A DNA stretch of 64,000 nt from Pseudomonadota bacterium (GCA_043821645.1 JBDRCO010000068.1:160001-224000), one strand, 5' to 3'. Shown: positions 1-8,297, counted from the stretch's first letter. Notes: generated by a model from the letters alone, not told the origin. A program made the numbers and translations.

Positions 1-30
1 GCGCACCCACGTGGGGCATGAGGCCGGCCG

Positions 31-1089
31 GTGAGCCGCTACCTGGTCGGCCTCAGCGGCGGCGTGGACTCCAGCGTGGCGGCCGCGTTGCTGGTGGAGC
101 AGGGCCATGAGGTCATCGGCGCCTCGCTGCGCCTGGTCGACGACCCCAGCGCGCCCAGCCACCGCAGCTGCTGTAGCCAGGAAGATCTGGCCGCGGCCCG
201 CGCCCTCTGCGCGCAGCTGGACATCCCCTACTATGTCTTTGACCTGCGCGCGCGCTTTGACGAGCTGGTCATCCAGCCCTTCGTGCTCGACTACCTGCAG
301 GGCCGCACTCCCAACCCCTGCGTGCTGTGCAACCAGCACTTCAAATTCGGCGAGCTGCTGCAGCGCGCCCTGGCCCAGGGTGCCCGCCTGGCCACCGGCC
401 ACTACGCGCGACTGCTTCAGCTGCAGGGCCGCACCTGGCTGGCCAGGGCCTGTGACCGGGGCAAGGACCAAAGTTATTTTCTCTATCGTTTAAGCCATCA
501 AGCCATTGTAAGCACTGACTTTCCTCTCGGTGGGCTGACCAAGGTCGAGGTCCGCGCGCACGCCCGGCGGCTGGCCCTGAGCGTGCAGCACAGGCCAGAG
601 AGTCAGGAGGTCTGCTTTGCCGAAGAGGGCGCCGCGACCTTCGTGGCGGGCAGGGCAGGGCGACAGGTCTGCGCCGGAGTGGTGCGGGACGAGCAAGGCC
701 AGGCCCTGGGTGAGCATGCTGGCATCCACAACTTCACCATTGGCCAGCGCCGCGGCCTGGGGATAGGTGGCGGGCCACGCCGCTTTGTCACGGCGATAGA
801 CGGCAGCAGCGGTGCGGTCGAGGTGGGGCCGGACAGCGCGCTGTTCAAGCGCCAGGTGATCCTCGAACAGGTTCAATGGTCTGGCGAAAAAGATATGGAT
901 ACAAAGGAGTTACGGGCAAAAATTCGTGCCCGGCACGAACCCGCAGCGGTGCGGGTGCAGGCGCGGTCCGAGGCCAGCCTGGAGCTGGAATTCGAGCAGC
1001 CGCAACGGGCGCCAGCACCCGGTCAGGCCTGTGTGATTTACTGTGGAGAACGTGTGGTCGGGGGTGGAGTCATCGCCCGTGCCGCATAA
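31..1089 (+). CDS. mnmA: tRNA-specific 2-thiouridylase MnmA
   Basis: LSGGVDSSVAA PP-loop, GRTPNPCVLCN, ATGHYAR, KDQSYFL, ESQEVCF, FTIGQRRGLG, PGQ motifs. Confidence 0.97.
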   Translation: MSRYLVGLSGGVDSSVAAALLVEQGHEVIGASLRLVDDPSAPSHRSCCSQEDLAAARALCAQLDIPYYVFDLRARFDELVIQPFVLDYLQGRTPNPCVLCNQHFKFGELLQRALAQGARLATGHYARLLQLQGRTWLARACDRGKDQSYFLYRLSHQAIVSTDFPLGGLTKVEVRAHARRLALSVQHRPESQEVCFAEEGAATFVAGRAGRQVCAGVVRDEQGQALGEHAGIHNFTIGQRRGLGIGGGPRRFVTAIDGSSGAVEVGPDSALFKRQVILEQVQWSGEKDMDTKELRAKIRARHEPAAVRVQARSEASLELEFEQPQRAPAPGQACVIYCGERVVGGGVIARAA

Positions 1090-1116
1090 TTTTACATAAT
1101 ATGGATTATGTAAAAT
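1089..1116. other. Palindromic dif-like site (XerD-like arm | 6 bp | XerD-like arm)
   Basis: ATTTTACATAA-TATGGA-TTATGTAAAAT: perfect 11-bp inverted repeat with a 6-bp spacer; fills the mnmA-cca gap. Confidence 0.7.
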
Positions 1117-2479
1117 GAACATCCTCGAGCAGGTCCCGCTCAGCGTCCATCAGACCTGGCAACGCGTGCAGGCGGCAGGTCATGGCATCCACCTGGTGGG
1201 CGGTGCGGTACGCGACATCCTGCTCGGGCGCGCCACCAGCGATTTCGACCTGGCCTCGAGCGCCACGCCACAACAGCTCACCGAGCTCTTTGAGCGTGTT
1301 ATTCCAACAGGTTGGAAGCACGGAACGGTGACCGTGGTACAGCCGGACGGCCTGCTGGTCGAGATCACCAGCTATCGCAGCGAGGGTCCGTATTCAGATG
1401 GGCGGCACCCGGACCTGGTACAGCTCGGCAGCACGATAGAGCAGGACCTCGGACGCAGGGATTTCACCATCAACGCCATGGCCGTGAACTGCAACAGCGG
1501 CCAGCTGCTCGATCTGCATGGCGGTCAGGACGACCTGCGTGCCCGCCTGGTGCGCACTGTTGGCGAGCCAGCCAAAAGATTTCAAGAAGATGGCTTGCGT
1601 CTGTGGAGGGCGGCCCGGTTTGCGGCCACGCTCGAGTTCGAGGTGGAGCCCGGCACGCTGCAGGCCATGCGGGAGCAGTCGGCGTGTCTGCGCAAGGTGG
1701 CGGCGGAGAGGCAAAAAGATGAGCTGTTGCGCTTGCTTCAGGCGGTCGCTCCATCACGGGGTTTCAGGTTGCTGCAGCGCACAGGTCTGTTGAACCTGGT
1801 CCTGCCCGAGCTCGAGCGCTGCGTGGGCGTCGAACAAGGTGGCTGGCACCAGCACGACGTGTTCGAGCATAGTCTTGCAGCCCTGGACGCAGCGCCACAA
1901 GATCACCCAACACTACGTCTTGCTTTACTTTTACATGATATTGGCAAGCCTGGCTGCGCTCGCGGCGAGCTGCCGGATCGGTCCTTTCACGGCCACGAGC
2001 AACAAGGTGCGGAGCTGGCCCGGCAGGTTCTCGAGCGCCTGCGATTTTCCCGCAGCACGGTGGATGAGGTGGTCGCACTGGTTGCGGGCCACATGTGGCA
2101 CTACACAGACGACTGGAGCGATGGTGCGGTCAGGCGCTTTGTCTCGAGGCTGGGCCTGGATCGCCTCAACGATGTTTTCTTGTTCAGGGACGCTGACTTG
2201 CAAGGGAGAGGCGAAACCGGGCTAAAGGACGGTCAGCAACGCTCGCGGGCTTTGACCGCGCGCATCGAGCAGGTGCTGCAAACCAGCCATGTGCTGACCG
2301 TGCGCGACCTGGCGCTCGACGGCAAGGCGGTGTGCCGCATCCTGGGGATAGAGCCGGGCCCCATCGTGGGCCAGGCGCTGGCCTGGTGTCTGGAGCAGGT
2401 GCAGGACAGGCCACAGGACAACAATTCAGAAACATTAGAAAAGATGCTTCGGGACTGGTACCGCGGGCGCGGCCACTAG
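1115..2479 (+). CDS. cca: Class II tRNA nucleotidyltransferase with HD domain (CCA- or A-adding)
   Basis: LVGGAVRD, DFD, YSDGRHP loop, DLGRRDFTINAM, EDGLR, and HD motif LLHDIGKP. Confidence 0.92.
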   Translation: MNILEQVPLSVHQTWQRVQAAGHGIHLVGGAVRDILLGRATSDFDLASSATPQQLTELFERVIPTGWKHGTVTVVQPDGLLVEITSYRSEGPYSDGRHPDLVQLGSTIEQDLGRRDFTINAMAVNCNSGQLLDLHGGQDDLRARLVRTVGEPAKRFQEDGLRLWRAARFAATLEFEVEPGTLQAMREQSACLRKVAAERQKDELLRLLQAVAPSRGFRLLQRTGLLNLVLPELERCVGVEQGGWHQHDVFEHSLAALDAAPQDHPTLRLALLLHDIGKPGCARGELPDRSFHGHEQQGAELARQVLERLRFSRSTVDEVVALVAGHMWHYTDDWSDGAVRRFVSRLGLDRLNDVFLFRDADLQGRGETGLKDGQQRSRALTARIEQVLQTSHVLTVRDLALDGKAVCRILGIEPGPIVGQALAWCLEQVQDRPQDNNSETLEKMLRDWYRGRGH

Positions 2480-2534
2480 ACCGATTTCGCGCAAAAACGA
2501 AACGGTGAGCAAAGCCCCGCCAAAGGCATCAGAA

Positions 2535-2753
2535 TTTTCCACTTGTTTTCCACAGGGATCGGCCAAAAAACGTGGCCAAATTCGAGGCAGGTGAACGCAA
2601 CAGTGCACGAGCACCACATGAACTTCACATAATTCGCCTAAGGCGTTGTGAAATAAGACTTTTTTAAAGCAACCGATCGTCGTACTTCAGGTCGTGCTGA
2701 TGCAAAACAAAAGGGTTCTTGAAGCTTTGGGTCAGGAGTCGGCCTGTGGAAAA
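2535..2753. promoter_or_regulatory. DnaA-box-like 9-mers
   Basis: TTTTCCACT (2535-2543), TTTTCCACA (2546-2554) and inverted TGTGGAAAA (2745-2753); 1-2 mismatches to TTATCCACA. Confidence 0.4.
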
Positions 2754-2912
2754 GCTGTGACTTCATCCTCACGCGAAAAGTGCCGCCTAAGTCCAACTGA
2801 AAGCATGGTTTTATTTTTTATCAGCCCGGGCGAGGCCAAGCGAGCCAAATTGCCATTGCACAGTCGTCGTGGGGTGCGGTAACAGGGTGCGAGCGAGCAG
2901 CGAGGTTTTCAG

Positions 2913-3218
2913 ATGAGTGAAGGTACCAAGGGTGGAGCCGCAAGCCGGTCCAAGAAGTGGCTGAAGACAGGTATCTTCGCAGCCGGGATGGCGGTCATCC
3001 TGGGGGTGGCGGTGGCGGTCAGCCTGCTGGACACGCCGCCGGTCATGCCCGCTGACGAGACCCATGTGGTCATCGACAAGTTCCCCAACAAGGCCTGCCT
3101 CGAATGCCACGCTCCAGACAGCCTGCCGAACTCGCATCCCATCGAGTACGAGAGGTTTGCCTGCACGAGATGCCACCAGCAGACCCAGAAGACCGCTCCA
3201 CCGGGAGTGACGCAATAA
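2913..3218 (+). CDS. Small membrane-anchored/periplasmic diheme c-type cytochrome (NapB-like)
   Basis: N-terminal hydrophobic helix, PPVMP, and two CxxCH motifs (CLECH, CTRCH). Confidence 0.8.
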   Translation: MSEGTKGGAASRSKKWLKTGIFAAGMAVILGVAVAVSLLDTPPVMPADETHVVIDKFPNKACLECHAPDSLPNSHPIEYERFACTRCHQQTQKTAPPGVTQ

Positions 3219-3245
3219 TTTTACATAATGCTTCTTATCGGACAA
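3218..3245 (-). other. dif: Chromosome dimer resolution site dif (XerC/XerD)
   Basis: Minus strand reads TTGTCCGATAA-GAAGCA-TTATGTAAAAT (11-6-11); the right arm is 1 mismatch from E. coli XerD arm TTATGTTAAAT; site is intergenic, and KOPS-like octamers and core genes converge here. Confidence 0.75.
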
Positions 3246-3380
3246 TCAGATCGGGCCCCCACCGGACAATATCGATTATTAAAGAGTTTCTGAGCGCCGC
3301 TGCGTCTGCCTCATCCCCCACCATCAACGCACCTGCGCATCGCCCGCCAAGCTTGTGCACAGGAAGCACGCCTTGGGCCT

Positions 3381-3752
3381 GACAAGCCCCGGGCTGCGGC
3401 AGCTGTGAGCAGCGAGCGCGACTAGCAGGACTTGAGCCGCTGGTGCAACGAGCCGCCATCAGGACTTTGGGCCGCTGTGTGCAGCGTGCCGCCATCAGGC
3501 TGTCGCCCGCCAGTCCTGGTCACAGACCGCTCCTTGGACAAGCCCTGGCCCGTCCTAGACAAGCCCTGGTGAGCCGGCTTCCCCCTGAACCTGGCTTTTC
3601 TGGCTTCCTGACGTCTCTCTTGTGGCCTTGATGCCTTTGCATGCCGCCCGACCTGGCCTCTGGCTCGCTGTGTTGTGGCCTTGACCAGGTCGCCGCAGGC
3701 CCTGCGCGCGGTGAATGCCCACCCTGGTGGATTCTTAAGTACATCAAGGCCA
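3381..3752. repeat. Cluster of short imperfect direct repeats in a non-coding region
   Basis: GCCGCTG(T)GTGCARCGWGCCGCCATCAGG at 3436-3463 and 3471-3499; GACAAGCCC at 3381, 3537, 3558; TTGTGGCCTTGA at 3620 and 3673 with an inverted partial copy near 3744. Confidence 0.6.
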
Positions 3753-3754
3753 AG

Positions 3755-3820
3755 AAAATATTATATATTTACAGAATTTACACAGTTTACAGATTGACAC
3801 GGATGTACGCATTTACAGCC
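3755..3820. repeat. AT-rich tract followed by an ~9-bp tandem array (TTTACAG-like)
   Basis: AAAATATTATATA then TTTACAGAA TTTACACAG TTTACAGA TTGACACGG ATGTACGCA TTTACAGCC. Confidence 0.6.
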
Positions 3821-4238
3821 CTTGGGTAGCGATTTTGACAGGGTCAACCCAAGCCAGCACACCCTACCTGGGCTGCGGTTGCCGCCCTGCACGAGCACCG
3901 AACCACCCAAAATGTGCGCTTGGCCGGCTCACGGGCTTTGGAGTGCAGGACCCCGAACGAAGAAATGCTGCACCCGAACCAGGACGCCCGACCGAGGTTG
4001 GGTTCGGCACGCGGAGGAGCAGCCTCGCCTGACACGTCCCCCTGAACCGATGGATAGGAACGCGCGGGACAGCGTGAACCCAGCCGGTAGCTCAGCCAGA
4101 CGCAGACGCGGGACTCAGGTCCCCGGCCAGGACCGGCGCAGCCATCGCACTGCCAGACGGCTTGCTGCTACCGACATAACAAATTGGTATGATTGGTCAT
4201 TACAGAAGCTCCGGAGCACGGGTTGCAGCTGTGCCGGC

Positions 4239-4266
4239 TTTTTACAGAACAGGGATTATGTGAAAT
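4239..4266. other. Degenerate palindromic dif-like site (two XerD-like arms)
   Basis: TTTTTACAGAA-CAGGGA-TTATGTGAAAT, same 11-6-11 geometry. Confidence 0.55.
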
Positions 4267-4329
4267 CTGCGCCACCCGAGACCTGCACCGCGGTCGCAAG
4301 GAGCAAAATAACCTCGAATATACAACTAG

Positions 4330-6255
4330 TTATCGAATCACTTTGAGGCGGCGCCGCGCTAGCAAGGCGCCAAGGAGCAGCAGACCTGCGGTCAGGGAGC
4401 TGCGCTGCTCACCGGCACTGGAACACGAGAAACCCTGAACCGGCCCCAGGCTGGCTTTCTGTGACGGTTGCGAGGGTTCCGCGCCCGGCAGGACCGGGTG
4501 CTGACGCGAGTTTGCGAGCTCGAGCTGGGCAACGGGCGCTGGCAGCTGCAGTCCTGGACCGGCTGGCGGTTCCTCGAGCGGAGGTTCTTCGACCGGCGGT
4601 TGTTCTGGCGGAGGCTCGCCAGGCGGAGGCTCGGTGACCACGGAGGTCACGGCACTGAGCGCGATCTCGATGCGCTGGTTGTGACCACCCACCACGCTGA
4701 TGCTGCGCTCGTCGGGTTCGTAGCCGTCCTTGCTGGTGCGCACGGTGGCGGAGCCGGCGCTGAGGGTGAAGTGGACCTCGCCTGAAACCGAGGTCAGCTG
4801 GGCCGCCTGGCCCACGACCTGGACCGTGGCGCCATCCAGGGAGGCGCCCTGCCCGGCCGCCTGATCGTGCACGTGGAAGGTCAGCTCGGCGCTGGTCGGT
4901 ACCGGCGACAGACCGATGGAGGCCCAGGTCTCGGAGCCGGCGGTGACCTGCACGCTGCGCGAACTCTCGGCGTAGCCGGTGGCCGAGGCGGTGATGGTGT
5001 AGGTCCCGGGGTCGAGCTCGAAGCTCCAGTAGGCATCGTCGCTGCGCACGCCGCTGCTGGCGCCGCTGGAACTGCGCACGGTGGCGGCGGTCAGCCGGAG
5101 ATTGCCCAGGTCGGAGGGACCTGCGGTCACGGCCAGGTCCCACACCACGCCCTTGATGCTGCCCTTGGTCGGGGTGGCCGGGGGTGGCGGAGTGGTGGTG
5201 CCGCCGCTGCTCGCCACCGAGCGGAGGGTGCCCATCTGCGCGTACAGGTTGGTGCCCGGGCAGGCGGTGGCGGCCAGGTCGCGGTGGCCGACCACGCTGC
5301 TGCTGCTCACGCTGATGCCGTAGTCACGGGCCAGCAGCCCTATGAGTTTGCCTCCACCCTGGACCATGGCTGCGGGTGGAGTCTGCGGGGGCAGCGACGA
5401 GCAGTCGCTGGTGTGAAAGCAGCCCACGAAGGTGACGCCGAGGTTGTTGGTGTTCTGGTTGGCCACGTGTGCGCCCAGGTACTTGGCCTCGCGCGCCTCC
5501 CAGGTGCGGCCGTCGGCAGTGACGAAGAAGGTGTAGCCCACGTCGCAGTAGCCGCGCGCGTCCATGTGGTAGGCCTGGATCTGGCGCAGGTTGGCCTCGT
5601 AGCTCCCGTTGACCGTGGTGGCCGTCACGGTGTGGTGCACCGTGACCTTGGTCTTGCTGCTGTTCAAAGAGGTGCAGCGGGTGGCGCGAGCGCCCCAGGC
5701 CGCGCGCGACAGCACGCCACCGTTCGCCAGGCTGGTGGCCAGGGCTTGCTGCTGCGCTTCTGCGTTGCGCAGGCTGACAGCGTCGGGCTCCCAGTAGGGT
5801 GCGCTGGCCTGCATCGGGACAAAAAGCTGCCACTGCACGAAGACATAGGCCTCGACCTCGAGCTCCGGGATGCGAATCTGCGCGGCCACCGCCTCGAAGC
5901 CCAGGTCGGCGTGAGCCACGCGCAGAGGGTGTTCCTCCCAGGTGAAGACCACAGGCTGCCAGGGTCCGGGCTGGCCGTCGGCGTCGAGGCCGCGGGCTTC
6001 GGGGTACAGCGGCGCAGCCTCGCGATCCAGCGCCACCTCGATCATGAATCCAGCGCGGGTCACAGGCAGGGTGGAGTCGAGGCTCGGCGACTCGTAGTAA
6101 CCGTCGCGCAGGGTGTAGCTGTCGCGCAGGCGCTCGCCCAGGACGCGAGCCGAGGCCCCGTCATCACCGTCCCAGGGCGCAGGCGCCAGGCGCTCGCAGG
6201 CCAGAACAAGGCTCAGCAGCAGCAAGACGGGCCAGAAAGACTTGTACGCGCGCAT
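4330..6255 (-). CDS. N-acetylmuramoyl-L-alanine amidase (Amidase_2/PGRP) with carboxypeptidase-regulatory-like domains and MYXO-CTERM-like tail
   Basis: SRAAWGA, VHHT, DVGY, GAHV, GHRD..ACPG Zn ligands; lipobox-like LVLAC; C-terminal FSCSS...LLLLGALLARRR; GGAGG RBS upstream of ATG at 6255. Confidence 0.88.
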   Translation of the reverse strand: MRAYKSFWPVLLLLSLVLACERLAPAPWDGDDGASARVLGERLRDSYTLRDGYYESPSLDSTLPVTRAGFMIEVALDREAAPLYPEARGLDADGQPGPWQPVVFTWEEHPLRVAHADLGFEAVAAQIRIPELEVEAYVFVQWQLFVPMQASAPYWEPDAVSLRNAEAQQQALATSLANGGVLSRAAWGARATRCTSLNSSKTKVTVHHTVTATTVNGSYEANLRQIQAYHMDARGYCDVGYTFFVTADGRTWEAREAKYLGAHVANQNTNNLGVTFVGCFHTSDCSSLPPQTPPAAMVQGGGKLIGLLARDYGISVSSSSVVGHRDLAATACPGTNLYAQMGTLRSVASSGGTTTPPPPATPTKGSIKGVVWDLAVTAGPSDLGNLRLTAATVRSSSGASSGVRSDDAYWSFELDPGTYTITASATGYAESSRSVQVTAGSETWASIGLSPVPTSAELTFHVHDQAAGQGASLDGATVQVVGQAAQLTSVSGEVHFTLSAGSATVRTSKDGYEPDERSISVVGGHNQRIEIALSAVTSVVTEPPPGEPPPEQPPVEEPPLEEPPAGPGLQLPAPVAQLELANSRQHPVLPGAEPSQPSQKASLGPVQGFSCSSAGEQRSSLTAGLLLLGALLARRRLKVIR

Positions 6256-6363
6256 CACACAACCTCCCACACCGTACCGGGACAGTGTGGCAGGACACAT
6301 GGCAGCCGCCATCGGACGCTGGGGGGATAAGAAAAAGCTAAACTAATTCAGGAGGTTGATCGA

Positions 6364-7545
6364 TCAGTCGCGGCGTGCGTGAGCCCAGCCCGCGAATTTC
6401 GAGGACAGGGCATACAGCCAGCCACCGTTGCTGACCACCAGCACCAGATCGTCGGTCACGTCGGGTGCGCCAGCCATGCCCAGGGGCGATCCAAAGATCT
6501 GCCGGGGCTCGCCCGTGATCAGATCGAGCACGTACATGGCGCCCGCGTCGCTCGTGAACAGCACCTTGCCCCGGTCGAACACCGGTCGCGAGGCCGTGCC
6601 CTTGCCAAATTTGAAGGTCCACAGTGTGCGGCCGCTCACCAGGTCGACACCCGCAGCCTGCCCTGCACCCGCGGCCACCAGGACCTTGTCCTTGAGGCCA
6701 AGCCGAGTCATGCCGTCGGTGGCGTTGTGCCACAGGGTCTGGCCGGTGCTCAGCTCGACGGCCGTGATGCCACCGCTGGCGGCTGCAGCCACCAGGACAT
6801 GGCCCGTGATCACGGGGTCCGCGTCGACGTCGAAGAAGGCTTCTCCGCTTCCGATCTGGGCTCGCCACAGTTCGCGTCCAGTGTCGGCCTCGAGCAGGGC
6901 CACGCTGCCGTCGGCATAACCCATGGCCACCACGGTGCGAGCGGTGCCGTCACCGGATGGCAATCGTCCCAGAGCAGGCGAGGCATGGCCGAACAGGGTG
7001 ATGCCCAGGGGCTGCGGATGACGCTGGTGCCAGCGGTAGTCGCCGCTGGCGGCGTCCAGGCAATACAGGGTGTCGAGGGCGGTGGCGAAATACAGCGCGT
7101 CACCGTGCTGTTGCACCGGGCCATCGATCTCTGCGTCGGCCTGGAAGGTCCAGCCCAGCTCGCCGCGCAGGGGATCCAGAGCGTACAGCCGGGCATCGTC
7201 GGCACCGAAGGTCAGCCAGCGAGAGCCCACACTCGGCACGCTGCTGATGCTTCCCCCGGCCTCGAAGTGCCAGACCTCGCGGCGCTGGAGATCCAGCGCG
7301 TGCATCACGCGATCGGAGGTGCCGACGAAGATGAGGCCGCTCGGTGCATGGAACATCGGACCGCTGAACTCGCGATCTTTCCAGTGCGGCGTGAGCAGGT
7401 CCGGCACCGCGGTTGCCGCCGCAGCGACGGGCGTGGCCCACATCAGGCCATAGACCTGGCGGCTGGCGACGGACACCTCGGCGCGCAGGATCGGCGCCGC
7501 CAGCAGCACCGCGAGCAGACCGAGGGTGCGCACGGGACGCCTCAC
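6364..7545 (-). CDS. bamB: PQQ-like beta-propeller protein, BamB-like
   Basis: Repeated (A/C)LD..xG...W propeller blades; directly downstream of a YfgM-like gene. Confidence 0.78.
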   Translation of the reverse strand: MRRPVRTLGLLAVLLAAPILRAEVSVASRQVYGLMWATPVAAAATAVPDLLTPHWKDREFSGPMFHAPSGLIFVGTSDRVMHALDLQRREVWHFEAGGSISSVPSVGSRWLTFGADDARLYALDPLRGELGWTFQADAEIDGPVQQHGDALYFATALDTLYCLDAASGDYRWHQRHPQPLGITLFGHASPALGRLPSGDGTARTVVAMGYADGSVALLEADTGRELWRAQIGSGEAFFDVDADPVITGHVLVAAAASGGITAVELSTGQTLWHNATDGMTRLGLKDKVLVAAGAGQAAGVDLVSGRTLWTFKFGKGTASRPVFDRGKVLFTSDAGAMYVLDLITGEPRQIFGSPLGMAGAPDVTDDLVLVVSNGGWLYALSSKFAGWAHARRD

Positions 7546-8297
7546 TTCAGTCCTTCGAGCATGCTGGCTGCGTCGGTCTTGTACACGGAGTCGGTGAAGT
7601 CGCTCTCGATGCGCTCGAGATAGCCGCGGGCGCGATCCTTGTCGCCGGCCGCCATGGCAACCCGCGCGGCGTGGTACAGCCCGACATCCTTGCCATAGGA
7701 CTGCTTACCGTCGGCAACCCGAGCATAGGACTGGGCAGCCTGCTCGTTGAGTCCCTTGAGTTCCTGCGCGGCGGCAAGAGCCAGCAGCGCCGTGTTGCGC
7801 AGCGGGTCGGACTCGGCGAACTGGGCCACGGCCTTTTCACACGCGTCCACGGCGCAGTCCGCATCGCCGGTGTCGAGGCAAGCGCGCCCCAGATACAGGC
7901 GGGCCACCGCGCTGCTGCTATGGCTCGGATAGGCGGCGATGACCTTCTCGGCGGCCTCGCGCACAGCCTTGGCCTTCTCCTCGTCCGACTTGAACACGGG
8001 ATCGCCGTTGGGCTCCGGCTTCACCGCGCCCGTGAGATCCACTTGCCCGCGCTCGGCGCGGATCACCTCGGCCAGCACCAGCGAGGCCTTGCCGTCGACG
8101 TGCGCGTTGTAGGTGCTCATGGAGCCATAGACGATGCCGATCACCAGCAGTGCTCCGATCACGGACAGCACCAGCTTGCTGTTGCCCGCCATCCAGTCGA
8201 AGGCGCGCTGCGACAGGGACAGGAACTCGTCCGGGGCATCGACGCTCGGCACGCTGGCCTTGCGCTCATCTTTGGTGGGTTTGATTTTTCTGACCAC
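7542..8297 (-). CDS. Membrane-anchored TPR protein, YfgM-like
   Basis: PDEF motif, single N-terminal TM helix, TPR-like helices; translationally coupled to the bamB-like gene. Confidence 0.8.
   Translation of the reverse strand: MVRKIKPTKDERKASVPSVDAPDEFLSLSQRAFDWMAGNSKLVLSVIGALLVIGIVYGSMSTYNAHVDGKASLVLAEVIRAERGQVDLTGAVKPEPNGDPVFKSDEEKAKAVREAAEKVIAAYPSHSSSAVARLYLGRACLDTGDADCAVDACEKAVAQFAESDPLRNTALLALAAAQELKGLNEQAAQSYARVADGKQSYGKDVGLYHAARVAMAAGDKDRARGYLERIESDFTDSVYKTDAASMLEGLK

Noticed and set aside
2610-2660. Rex operator (TTGTGAA-N4-TTCACAA)
   Set aside because: The half-sites are in the wrong order and spacing.
3436-3569. CRISPR array
   Set aside because: Only 2-3 imperfect copies, gaps too short for spacers, and no cas genes.
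4083-4130. tRNA fragment (GCCGGTAGCTCAG)
   Set aside because: No T-arm GTTCGA or acceptor stem.
1089-4266. Mobile dif modules or IMEX insertion
   Set aside because: The spacers differ, two sites lack a XerC-like arm, the enclosed cca is a core gene, and there are no phage or plasmid genes; not fully excluded for the cytochrome gene.
2480-4329. oriC (DnaA-like boxes plus AT-rich tract)
   Set aside because: Few boxes, ~1 kb from the AT tract, no dnaA/dnaN/parAB nearby; genes and KOPS converge rather than diverge, and a dif-like site is present.
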